From NCBI RefSeq assembly GCF_016432865.1, contig NC_067403.1, forward strand, positions 246,760,001-246,824,000: a DNA stretch of 64,000 bases. The letters are read 5' to 3'. Source of the stretch: Antechinus flavipes. Taxonomy: Eukaryota. This document shows positions 1 through 11,226 of the stretch, in pieces (the stretch's first letter is position 1; the number at the start of each line of letters is the position of its first letter). Made by a program: the position numbers and the translations under genes. Under the pieces are notes generated by a model. The model was given only the letters and a program-made list of their open reading frames with translations, did not search any database and was not told where the DNA came from.

Positions 1-659
1 TCAATATAATGACCAATGACAACCAAAAGGCCATAGACTGCAGAAGGAGAGGTGAATGATCCCAAGTCAAAAATGGAATCACCAGTGACTTTGGGAGATA
101 AATGGCCACTGTACCTCCATTCTTGGAAAGATAAGGATACTTAACTCTCCAAACAAACAAACAAAAAAATGGCACTAGACTGTATGTAAAGAGCTCTGGC
201 CACTAGTTCTAGTCCTGCCAATGACTCAGAGTTTGAGAATATTTTAAAGTCACCTTAGAGAAATCATGGAAGCTCCCTGTGGTTTGTTTTCACATCTATT
301 AACACAAAATAACTTAGCTAGATTATCTCTAATATACTTTTTACTTCTGATATTCTGAAGCTCCTCACAAATCTCACACTATTCTAAGTCTATAAGGTTT
401 TAGAATTCTTTCACTTAGAGATAACACTTCCTGTTCTAAGCACCTTTCTACCTCTGATCTTTGGGATCATTTGCCAGTTCTAATAACCAATGATTCTCTG
501 GCTCTAAATACCCAGAACACTCATCTTTTCCGCTCTTGGAAAAGAAAAATATTACTAGGATAACCCCAGGATGACCAGCATCACCAATACTAATGTTTAT
601 CTCAGGATTATCTGAGTTTTTTAAAATATCAAACCAGAAAGAAGTATATGGGTGGAATA

Positions 660-872
660 ATCAATAGGTGCTATAATTGGTATCAGGAAACATTGAATTC
701 AAAATTTGTCTCATACATGTGGGCCGAGACCCTTATTCTGTTTAATTTCCTGTTTTGTAAAATGGAGTTAATAGTAACACCAATGTCTGAGGCAGTTGTG
801 AGGATTGAAGTTAAAAATAAATTAATGTCAAGTGCCTTGTAAACTTTAGAGTGCTAGATAAATGTTATCTAT
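660..872 (+). mobile_element. MIR/CORE-SINE in intron; paralogs at ~8250-8470, 17630-17860, 29045-29280, 39860-40090
   Basis: GAATTCAAA...CTGTTTTGTAAAATGGAG...GTTGTGAGGATT...TAAACTTTAGAGTGCTAGATAAATG. Confidence 0.7.
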
Positions 873-1406
873 TAAAATTATGATTTACACAGCCCAGTAA
901 GGGCTCTCTCCTGGAGAATATCATGAAAACTAGATACTTATTCCTTCCATGCTGTCATTGTTGAGAATAAACACACTTGCACTCCTTGTGAAACTGTCTT
1001 TAGGAGACAGATTAAAAGTCACAAGGAAAGTCACAAAGAAAGGAAGTCACAAGGAGTCATGGGACTCCTAAACTGTCTCAATATAGTTTGGTTTTCTAAT
1101 ATCAAACTATACTGAGATATCAATCTCAGATGTGTGGGAGAAAATGTCAGAGCATCCTCAGACACAGTTACTTTGTTGGTTGATTTTGCTGAACTCCTTT
1201 CTTCTCTTTCTTTCTCAGTCTTTGTTGTAATAGATGGCTCCTTGAGTTGGGTAATGGTCAAAGATAAAGTCAAAAATAAAATTCAGAAAACAAAAACAAA
1301 AAAATTCAATAAAATAAGTTTTAATTTCTTTATATTAAACTAAATTCCATTTCATTCTTAATTTGAATTCTCTTTATATTCTTTATTTACAGATGATATA
1401 AAAGGC

Positions 1407-2366
1407 ATGAGCCAAGAAAATGGCATCAGAGTGACCATGACACAAGGAAATGGCACCAGAGTGACCAAGTTCATTCTACTGGGATTTACAGTTCAACAAG
1501 AACTGCAGTACATCCTCTTCCTGGTGTTTCTGGTCATCTACATGATATCTATAGTGGGTAACGTTGGTATGATCCTGCTCATCAAGTGTGATGCTCGCCT
1601 TCACACTCCCATGTATTTTTTCCTCCAAAACTTGGCTTTTGTTGACCTGTGTTACACATCTACTATCACTCCCAAGATGTTGGTCAACTTTCTGGTCACA
1701 GATAAATCCATCTCATTCTCAGAGTGTGTAGTACAATTATATGTTTATGGTGTATTTGCCACAGTTGAATGTTATCTTCTGGCTACCATGGCTGTAGATC
1801 GTTATGTGGCCATCTGCAACCCACTCCGTTATTCAATAGTCATGTCCCAGAGAGCCTGCATCCAGTTGGTCACTGGATCCTACATTATAGCTTCCGTGAA
1901 TGCTACCACACACACTGCCTTTCTCCTTTCACTATCTTTCTGCAATTCTAACAAAATCAATCACTTCTTTTGTGACTTGCCCCCAATGCTGAGCCTTTCC
2001 TGTTCTAATATTGATGTCAATATCATGTTGATCATGATTTTTGTGGGCTTTAATCTGGTGGGCACATTGCTAGTTGTGTTTCTCTCCTACCTTTACATCT
2101 TGGCTGCTATCTTGAGGATGCCTTCTAATGCAGGAAGACACAAAGCCTTCTCAACCTGTGCTTCCCACCTAACTGCTGTTACCATGTTCTATGGGACACT
2201 CTGTTACATGTATTTACAGCCTTCTTCCAGTGAGTCACAAGAGAATGATAAAGTGGCCTCTGTGTTTTATGGCATTGTTATACCCATGCTGAACCCCCTG
2301 ATCTACAGTCTGAGAAACAAAGAGGTGAAAGAAGCAGTGAAAGTGCTCATGAAAAGTTGTTCTTGA
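1407..2366 (+). CDS. OR5AK2: Olfactory receptor, class II, family 5 (OR5AK-like), 319 aa, with duplicated N-terminal decapeptide
   Basis: Intact 7TM ORF with OR motifs [63 protein letters not shown] and PPxLxLSCSNxDxN resemble human OR5AK2 as recalled; the symbol means closest homologue, not proven orthologue. Acceptor TTTATTTACAG ends at 1392. Confidence 0.95.
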   Translation: MSQENGIRVTMTQGNGTRVTKFILLGFTVQQELQYILFLVFLVIYMISIVGNVGMILLIKCDARLHTPMYFFLQNLAFVDLCYTSTITPKMLVNFLVTDKSISFSECVVQLYVYGVFATVECYLLATMAVDRYVAICNPLRYSIVMSQRACIQLVTGSYIIASVNATTHTAFLLSLSFCNSNKINHFFCDLPPMLSLSCSNIDVNIMLIMIFVGFNLVGTLLVVFLSYLYILAAILRMPSNAGRHKAFSTCASHLTAVTMFYGTLCYMYLQPSSSESQENDKVASVFYGIVIPMLNPLIYSLRNKEVKEAVKVLMKSCS

Positions 2367-3299
2367 GTCAGTTCCTATATTCCAACTCACAGAAGCATTT
2401 CATTTTTTTTCTTTGATAGCTAGATGATGGATCAGTTCAGAGAGCATCCCATCTCATTGCTTCAGTATGTAAATAAGAAAACAAGTATGAGGGATGTGAC
2501 AAACTAGGGTTAAAATTTAGAAACATACATAGGGCAATGGACGACTTCCTTTAATAGCCTTTAAAAGTTATCAACAATCACTCAACATCTTTAATTAAAT
2601 CATAATGATATTATAAATGTTATTAATGTCGGCAATAATGGTTATAGTTTATATTTTTTGTTAAACACTTTCATTAGAAAATTGTAAAGAGTCTTCAAGA
2701 CCTATAATTTCCTTCATTTAGGGAATTCTATGACTGAAAATGCTTTTATTGATTTTGAATTGTGCATATTAGCAATCTAAAATTCAGTTGTGACTTAAAG
2801 TATTAGAGAATGACTTGGGAGGACTTTAAAACTCTTCACAACCTGCTGCAAACTACAATTTCCAGACTTACTATACATTTGTTCTTTTTATCAACTCTGT
2901 GATTCAGATAGATTTTCCTTTTTGCTTTCATCACATATGATCTTCCATCTTTCCTTGGATGATACTCCTTGGTATCTTACATCACTCAACTGGAAAGCCC
3001 ATTTATTCTTGTATATTTTAGAATGTACATAAATATTTTAAAATCTGTTTTCTGTATTATATATGATAAATAGATTTACTCATTATTATTTGTGATGTTC
3101 ATATATATGACCAACATTTATTGTGAAGAAACTAACCTGAAAATTTTATGCTGAAAACTACTTTCTTCCCTCAAGAATAGTCTTTGTTCTCAACCTATAG
3201 TCTAGAGATTTTCCTAAAGTACAGGACTGTCTATGTCTACCCACTACTTAGTTTCCAGGGAATTTCTATTATTTTAATAATCAACTATAAATTCCTTTT

Positions 3300-4600
3300 T
3301 GGCAATTAGACCTTCTCATAACCCATATCATTCCTATCTTTCTTTCACATTACTCCTCATCATATACTATATGGTCCAGCCAGACAGGCCTATTTCTTTG
3401 GCTTCATATGTGATGTTCCATCTCATTTCCAGTCCTTTGCACTGGCTAATCCCTAATCTGAAATGTTCTCTCTTCTCCCATCTACCTCTTGGTCTCCCTG
3501 GCTTTCTTCAACTCATAGTTCAAATACCATCTTCTATAGGTGACTTTTCAGTCTTCTAGATGCTGATGGCTTCTTTTCTAAGGTTACTTTCCATCTACTC
3601 TGTGTAGATCTTGTAGGAACTTACAAATACCAGTATCTTATCCCATTCACCTTGAGTTTTTCCTTTTCCTATGTATCTCTTACTAATTACTACATAATGG
3701 AAGCTTTCTCAATAATTGCTGAATTATGGATTTATTGGTTGGACATTTTGAATTAAATCTCTATTCCTCTTAAACTTAATATGTCCAAAGAAGAACTTTT
3801 GTTTTTTTCACACACCCATCCCTCTCCATATTTCCCTGTTTCTGTCAAGAATAGCTCCTACCTTCCAATCACTAGTTTTCACATCCAGATTATATTTCTC
3901 AAGAATTGATTCTCCACCATCTCATATTTTGGGAAATGAGGTGCCAATATTTATACTTTCTATTTCTACAACATATTTCACATTTCTCTCTTCCTCATTA
4001 CTCACACAGGCACTCCCTTAATTCATATTTGATCACCTCTTTCTTGAGATATTGCCATGGCCTCATATTTACTCTGCTCATCTCAAAGTTCTCCTGACTC
4101 CATATCTGACCATGTGATTTCTCTAATCAGCTAAAACTAGGAGGTTTTTATCGTCTCTACGATGAAATATGAACTGCGTTATTTGACCTTAAAAGCCCTG
4201 TTCAATCTAGCTTCTGCATGCTTTTCTAGATTTATTAATATTTTATTCATGCCATTTCACAATCTGCAGTAACTTTCTGGCTGTTCCACACATCACACAA
4301 AGCATCTCATCTTCCACTTCTGTGCATCCATATAGGCTATCCATCATGCCTCAAGTGGTCTCCCTCCATATCTCTACCTTAAAGTATTCCATACTTCCTT
4401 CAAGAGTCTGCTCAAGAATGACCTTCTCCAAAAAGTCTTTCTTGAGTTATCAATCCAATCCATGCTTCAGATTGGGACTTTCCTAGAAATTTCTCATATA
4501 AAATGCAAATTCGTTGAAAGCAGGGCCTATCTCATTTAAATATTTGTATTCCAAGTGCCTAGAGGAATTCTTGGTCCATATTGAGGACTTAATTATAATT
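3300..4600 (+). mobile_element. LINE-2 3' relics (two tandem fragments), repeated in each unit (~12700-13970, 22270-23700, 33740-34630)
   Basis: Pyrimidine-rich L2 tail-like motifs (CTTAATATGTCCAAA, CCTTTGCACTGGCT, TCAAGAGTCTGCTC, GTATTCCAAGTGCCTAG). Confidence 0.6.
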
Positions 4601-5249
4601 TTTTGATTAGCTAATTCATAGATTATACATCAGCCAATTTTAATAGCACAAATGTAATAAGTCACATTTCAAAATATTCCAAAATGATGACTAGCAAATT
4701 TTTCATCAGTTTATAAGGAAGAGGGAGAGAAAGAAGGAGATACAAAGACAGACAGACAGAGACAGAAAGAGACACAGAGAAAGAAAGCAGGAGAGAAGGG
4801 GAGAAGGAGAGAAGGAAAGAGGGAGAAAGCGGGCAGGGAGAGAAGGGATTTGGTGAGGATAGAGTTATTCTTTTGAAAATAATTATACTGAATACCTATA
4901 ATACGATTTGTAAAGCATTTGACATGTTATATCATTGATCCTCACAAAAACTAAGGCTGGGGTTAATTGACTTGCTCATAGCTATCAAGCATCTGAGATA
5001 GTATTTGCCATTGTGCCTCTTTAGGCTTATAGTCAAGTGACTGGTACTTTCCTGCAGAGTGGATGACACATAGATGATGCTTATGAAATGACTGTTGATG
5101 GAGTGATTATTTGCTAGTTATGTGAGCACAGGAAATAATCTGGGCCCTCCGAACCACAGGTTATCTACCAGTAAATTGAAAAATTACTCTCAGAAGTATA
5201 AGTTATAGACTTTGCAAATTTTGAAGTATCTTTAGGAGAAATACAATTC

Positions 5250-5680
5250 CTAAACATTACCACAAAATTCCCAAGTAATTGGATAACAAGAATACTTCTG
5301 GGAAGTCAGATGGAAAATAGCTACTAATGACTTTTTTTAATGATAATCCTCTGAGACTAGAAATGCCCAGGGGAATAGGTTTTCATGCTGTGTGGCTGTC
5401 ATATATGTGTTCACATTTGAAACACTTGACAAGATGTCACATTAGGACTCCAATGAGCCTAGAACTTGAGCAAGCAGGGGAATTGGAGTGACATTACTTC
5501 CCCTGAAGTCAATCTCCCATTATTCCCAATAATCTGTATGTGTTTAAGAAAATCTCTTAGGGAAGAAGCAAAACTTAAAGGACCAGGGTCAAAGAAATAG
5601 AAGGGCTGGTTCTGCTGAACCGGAACCTCTCATTCTCAGCAAAGTCACAGAGAAAAAGGACTGAGTGGTGAGGTGAGTAG
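5250..5680 (+). promoter_or_regulatory. Putative OR promoter, non-coding exon 1 and splice donor (serves the 8970 pseudogene)
   Basis: Homeodomain sites TAATTG (5276) and TAATGA (5325, 5338), EBF/O-E-like CTTCTGGGAA and GCCCAGGGGA, and donor GAG|GTGAGT (GT at 5673). The block is conserved in each unit. Confidence 0.65.
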
Positions 5681-5849
5681 GTAGGACATCTGATTTTCCA
5701 AAGTACTGACTGATCTTCAGAAGGTAGAGATCATCCTCAGGAATCAGACCTCTTAACCTTAGTAACCTTAGTTACCTTAGAGATCAGCTACTTCATCCCC
5801 TTCATTTCTGGGGTGGAATGATCGAGGATTCCTACTGCTCTTTATGACT

Positions 5850-6065
5850 GGTAAATCACTTCACATATATTATTTCATTTGATCTACATAATAGCCCAAA
5901 GAGTGGAGGCCATCATTCTCCCCATTTTACAGGTGAGGAAGCTGAGAAAGAGCAGAGGCTTAATGACTTGCCTAGGATCACACAGCTAGTAAGTTTCTGA
6001 AATAGAACTTGAGTTCAAATCTTTCTGACACTACTCCAAATATTTAATCCACTATACCATCCAGA
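5850..6065 (-). mobile_element. MIR/CORE-SINE; paralogs at ~15095-15310, 27450-27655, 37420-37630
   Basis: CCCATTTTACAGGTGAGGAAGCTGAG...GACTTGCCTAGGATCACACAGCTAGTAAG core. Confidence 0.75.
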
Positions 6066-6129
6066 TTTCTACAGGAAAATTATACACAACAAGTTTATCT
6101 ACCCACTTCATGTCACTGTCCAAGAGAAA

Positions 6130-7510
6130 ACTGTCCTTTATTATCTCTAAAATTCCTCCTGCACTTAATTGAGTCTCCTGTGTACTAATCAATGCAAAGG
6201 CTGGTGCTCAGGGCTTCAAATACAAAGATAGAAGGGACACTTTCATGGTGCTCAATATTTTTTTTTCTGTCCTAACATTGAAGGAGCAGGATATGCCATT
6301 AGCAGAGAAAAATATGGAGAAGTGGTAAGTGATGAGAATCAAAAGAGACATAGAAAAAAAATCACATAGGAGAGAGAGACAGAATCAGAGAGAGCAAGAG
6401 AGAAAAAAGTCATAATAATTGAGGAAAATGTCTGTGAATTACAGAGAAGAAATACTTCTAAGAGGATGCAGTTTTCCTTATTGACACATTGAAGGAACAA
6501 TTGGGAATCTGAAAAATAAGATAATGAAGTAGAATACTCCAAAAAGGAAAGGTGTGTTCATATTCAGGGAGGACAAAAAAGTGCAGACTTACTTTGGGGG
6601 TAAGCTGGTAGTGCAGCTGGGCTGGTATGTAAAGGGCATGAAGACCAATAAACAGAAATGAGCCTTTGAAGGAAGTTAGAGTCAGGTCCATAAATACCCA
6701 GTGAAAGTTTCCATGTTATATGTACAACTAGAAGCAGTAGGGAACTATTGAAAATTCCAGAGAAGGACAGTGACCTTGTGTGCCTGAGATATGGTTTATT
6801 GGAAAATTTGAAAAGGATGGTTGAAGCAGGAACAACAGAGAATCATTAAAAGGCATTGTAATCACTCAGACATAGGGTGATGAGGGACTTAATGATCATA
6901 ATGGCTGTGACTAAAAAGGATAGGATGGACACAAGGGCAGTTTTATAAGAAGAAATGACAGACCCTGGCAGTTTATTGGATGTGACGATGAGGGAAGGAG
7001 AAGAGTAATACATGGCAGGTATCAAACCTAGGAGATGAAGAGCATTGAGGTACCACCAAAAAAAAAAAATGTTAAAAAGGAGAAATAGGTTTCATAAGAG
7101 GCAGAAGCAAGATGGATTCAAACTTTCCCTTTCACAACTCTAATCTCTCTGATCTTTAAACTGGAGGATTAAAAAAAAGAGTTGTGATACTGGACAACTA
7201 TGAAGAAAGATTAGTTATAGAGGGGTGACATTTTGACCATGGGCATAGTGGCCAAGAGAGGGGTGGCCCAATGGCCAGATAATAGAAATGAGATGATAGT
7301 GGGGCACTGATTAAAACACAAAGAGACAGTGATTTATATAAGTAAACACTGTTGAGATGTAACTTAGGCACATATACATGTTCATGAATTTTTTAATTGG
7401 GAGCAGAGAGGGATGTGCAGCTACTGGGAAGAAAAGGAGCATGGGAAAGTTGAAGCTGAACTGGGTCATGGATATAGGGAGCAAGGGAGGAAATTGTACC
7501 ATTTATCTAT
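6130..7510 (-). mobile_element. LINE-2 relic, antisense, repeated at ~15400-16750, 27760-28730, 37730-39070
   Basis: Purine-rich reverse complement of L2 3' sequence, starting with TAATTGAGTCTCCTGTGTACTAATC...GGCTTCAAATACAAAGA. Confidence 0.55.
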
Positions 7511-8969
7511 AATCCCTATTAGAAATATCGTTGCAGGTTAATGGAACTCTTAGACTCAAGAGTTCTGACTCACAGTGGAGCTATAACCAGTTGTGTTTGC
7601 CCAAAAAGGCTAGCACCAATATAATGACCCATGAGAATCAAAGGGCCACTAGGCTACAAGAAAAGGGGTGGATGAGCCCAAGTCAGAAATGGAATTACCA
7701 GTTACACTGGGAGATATGTGGCCACTGTACCTCCATTCTAGGAAAGATAAGGACACTTACTCTCCAAAAGAAAAAAAAATTTTCACTAGATTGGATGTAA
7801 GGAGTTCTGGCCACTAGTTCTAGTCCTTCCAATGACCCAGAGTTTGAGAATATTTTAAAGTGGCCTTAGAGAAACCATGGAAGCTCCTTGTGGTCTGTTT
7901 TCTCATCTATTAACACAAAAAGACGGCTAGGTGAACTCTAATCCACCTTTCACTTCTGATGTTCTGAAGCTCTTGACAAGTCTCACACTATTCTATCTAT
8001 AAGGTTTCAGGATTCTTTCATCAGAGCTAACACTTCCTGTTCTAAGCATTCTTCTACCTCTGACCTTTGGGATCATTTACCAGTTCTAACAAGCAATATC
8101 CCTGAATACTGATCCTTTTCACTCTAGGAAAAAAAAAAATCACATGGTACCTCCAGGATGATCAGCACCACCAATACTAATGTATGTCTTAGAGTTCTCT
8201 GAGATTTTTTAAAATATCAAGCAAGAAGGAAGTATCTAGGTGGTATAATGAATAAATGCTAAACCTGAAATCAGGAAGTCTTGAGTTCAAAACTTGTCTC
8301 ATACACATGGGGTGAGTCCCTGGGCAAAACCTTACCTTCTACCTGCCGAATTTCCTTTTCATCAAAATGGGGGAAATAGTAAAATGTCTAAGGCAATTGT
8401 GAGGATTGAATTTAAAAATAAATTAATGCAAAGTATCTTTATGGTGCTAGAAAAGTGTTATCTATCAATATTGTGATTTACACAGCCCAGCAAAGGTTTT
8501 CTCCTCAGGACAGTACCAGGAAGACTAGATACTTATTCCTCGCGTGCTGTTATTGCTGAGAATAAACATGACTACACTCCTTGTGAAAATGCCTTTCAGA
8601 GGCAAGGTAAAAGTCACAGGGAAACCTATGTTTTGTATTATGTAAATTTTATCAGGTAAAGTAACTTTAAAAAACCAACTTTACAGTATGAGAAAATAAT
8701 GACAGAACTTCCTCAGACACTGTTGCTGTATTTGTTGGCTTTTCTGAACTCTCTCCTCTTTCTTTTCCAGTCTTTATTTTAATAGATGGTTCCTTGGGTT
8801 GGGTAGAGGACAAGGATAAATTCAAAAATGAAAATGATGTGAAAACAAAAAATATTTCAATAAAATAATTTTAAATGAACCTTCATTTAACTTAATTCTA
8901 TTTTATTCCTAATTTGAAGTCACTAAAATCTCTTGGTCCTTCTTCCTCTTTAATTCACTTGCACTTGAT

Positions 8970-9850
8970 ATGAAAGCCATGATCTAAGAAAATGGCACCA
9001 GAGTGACCAAGTTTATTCTATAAGGATTTGCTGTTCAATAAGAACTGCAGTACATCCTCTTCCTGGTGTTTTGGTCACCAAACAATATCTCTAGTAGGTA
9101 ATGCTGATCATCGCCTTCACACTCCCATATATTTTTTCCTCCAAAATTTGGTTTTCCTTGACCTCTGTTTCATATCTGTTATCACTTCCAAGATGTGTTA
9201 GCCAACTTCCTGGTTCTTTCTCAGGGTGTGTGATTCAATGATATGTTTATGAAGTATTTAGAACAGTTAAATTATACCTTCTGGCTGCGATACTATAGAT
9301 AATTATGTGGCCATCTGCAACCCATTCCATTACCCAGAGAGCCTGCATCCAATTGGTCACTGGATCCTATGTCTTGAGTTCCTTGAATGCCACCATATAC
9401 ACAAGCTTTCTCCTTTCATTGTCTTTCTGTAGTTCTAAAATCATGTACTTCTTTTGTGATATGTCCCCAATCCTGCCCCTTTTCTGTTTTAATATTGATG
9501 TCAGTGTCATGTTGGTCATGATTTTTATAGGTTTTAACCTGTTACGCACATTTCTGATTGTGTTCTTCTCGTACATTTACATCTTGACTGCCATCTTGAG
9601 GGTGAGTCCTGCTGCATGGAGACACAAAGTCTTCTCCACATGTGCCTCCCACCCAACTGCTGCTATCATGTTCTCTGGGATACTCTCTTACATGTATTTA
9701 CAGCCTTCTTCCAGTGAGTCACAAGAAAATGATAAAGTGGCCTCTGTGTTTTATGGTATTGTGATACCCATACTGAACTCCCTGATCTATAGTCTGAGAA
9801 AAAAGAAGGTGAAAGAGACAGTGAAAGTGCTCATAAAAAGTTGTTCATGA
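8970..9850 (+). pseudogene. OR5AK-like pseudogene
   Basis: Colinear with neighbouring ORs, but has TAA at codon 6 (8985), further stops and indels in the first ~370 bp, and splice acceptor GCAG changed to GCAC (8961-8964). The 3' part is open (ORF 9305-9850, QRACIQL...KVLIKSCS). Confidence 0.93.
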
Positions 9851-11226
9851 ATTAGGCATGGACCCACACTTAACACCACATACCAAGATAAGATCAAAAT
9901 GGGTCTATGACCTAGGCATAAAGAATGAGATTATAAATAAATTAGAGGAACATAGAATAGTTTATCTCTCAGACTTGTGGAGGAGAAAGAAATTTGTGAC
10001 CAAAGATGAACTAGAGACCATTACTGATCACAAAATAGAAAATTTTGATTACATCAAATTAAAAAGCCTTTGTACAAATAAAACTAATGCAAACAAGATT
10101 AGAAGGGAAGCAACAAACTGGGAAAACATTTTCACAGCTAAAGGTTCTGATAAAGGCCTCATTTCCAAAATATATAGAGAACTGACTCAAATTTATAAGA
10201 AATCAAGCCATTCTCCAATTGATAAATGGTCAAAGGATATGAACAGACAATTTTCAGAGGATGAAATTGAAACTATTACCACTCATATGAAAGAGTGTTC
10301 CAAATCATTATTGATCAGAGAAATGCAAATTAAGACAATTCTGAGATACCACTACACACCTGTCAGATTGGCTAAGATGACAGGAAAAAATAATGATGAA
10401 TGTTGGAGGGGATGCGGGAAAACTGGGACACTAATGCATTGTTGGTGGAGTTGTGAACGAATCCAACCATTCTGGAGAGCAATCTGGAATTATGCCCAAA
10501 AAATTATCAAATTGTGCATACCCTTTGATCCAGCAGTGTTTCTATTGGGCTTATATCCCAAAGAAATACTAAAGAAGGGAAAGGGACCTGTATGTGCCAA
10601 AATGTTTGTAGCAGCCCTGTTTGTAGTGGCTAGAAACTGGGAAATGAATGGATGCCCAACAATTGGAGAATGGCTGGGTAAATTGTGGTATATGAATGTT
10701 ATGGAATATTATTGTTCTGTAAGAAATGACCAGCAGGATGAATACAGAGAGGACTGGCGAGACTTACATGAACTGATGCTAAGTGAAATGAGCAGAACCA
10801 GGAGATCATTATACACTTCAACAACGATATTGTATGAGGACATATTTTGATGGAAGTGGATTTCTTTGACAAAGAGACCTGAGTTTCAATTGATAAATGA
10901 CGGACAAAAGCAGCTACACCCAAAGAAAGAACACTGGGAAACGAATGTGAACTATCTGCATTTTTGTTTTTCTTCCCGGGTTATTTATACCTTCTGAATC
11001 CAATTCTCCCTATGCAACAAGAGAACTGTTCGGTTCTGCAAACATATATTGTATCTAGGATACACTGCAACATATCCAACATATAAAGGACTGCTTGCCA
11101 TCTAGGGGAGGGGGTGGAGGGAGGGAGGGAAAAAAAATCGGAACAGAAACGAGTGTCAATATAAAGTAATTATTAAATAAAAATTTAAAAAAAAAAGATC
11201 TAATTGGAAGAACTTAAAAAAAAAAA
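9851..11226 (+). mobile_element. Young 5'-truncated LINE-1 (ORF2 C-terminal 330 aa still open, 3' UTR, double A-tail)
   Basis: ORF 9858-10850 contains the L1 ORF2p Cys-rich motif CWRGCGKTGTLMHCWWSC. G-rich 3' UTR near 11103-11130, A-tails at 11187-11196 and 11216-11226, and TSD AAAAAGTTGTTCATGA at 9835-9850 and 11222-11237. Confidence 0.96.

Noticed and set aside
1769-1951. 60-aa alternative-frame ORF recurring inside four ORs (also 18696, 30121, 40958)
   Set aside because: It is a shifted-frame by-product of the conserved [13 protein letters not shown] coding sequence in recent paralogs, with no independent evidence of coding.
5757-5782. Triple CCTTAG(T/A)(A/T)A micro-repeat
   Set aside because: Simple slippage in one paralog's intron; too short to interpret.
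11103-11130. G-quadruplex-forming tract (also ~21893-21921)
   Set aside because: A standard known feature of L1 3' UTRs, not locus-specific.
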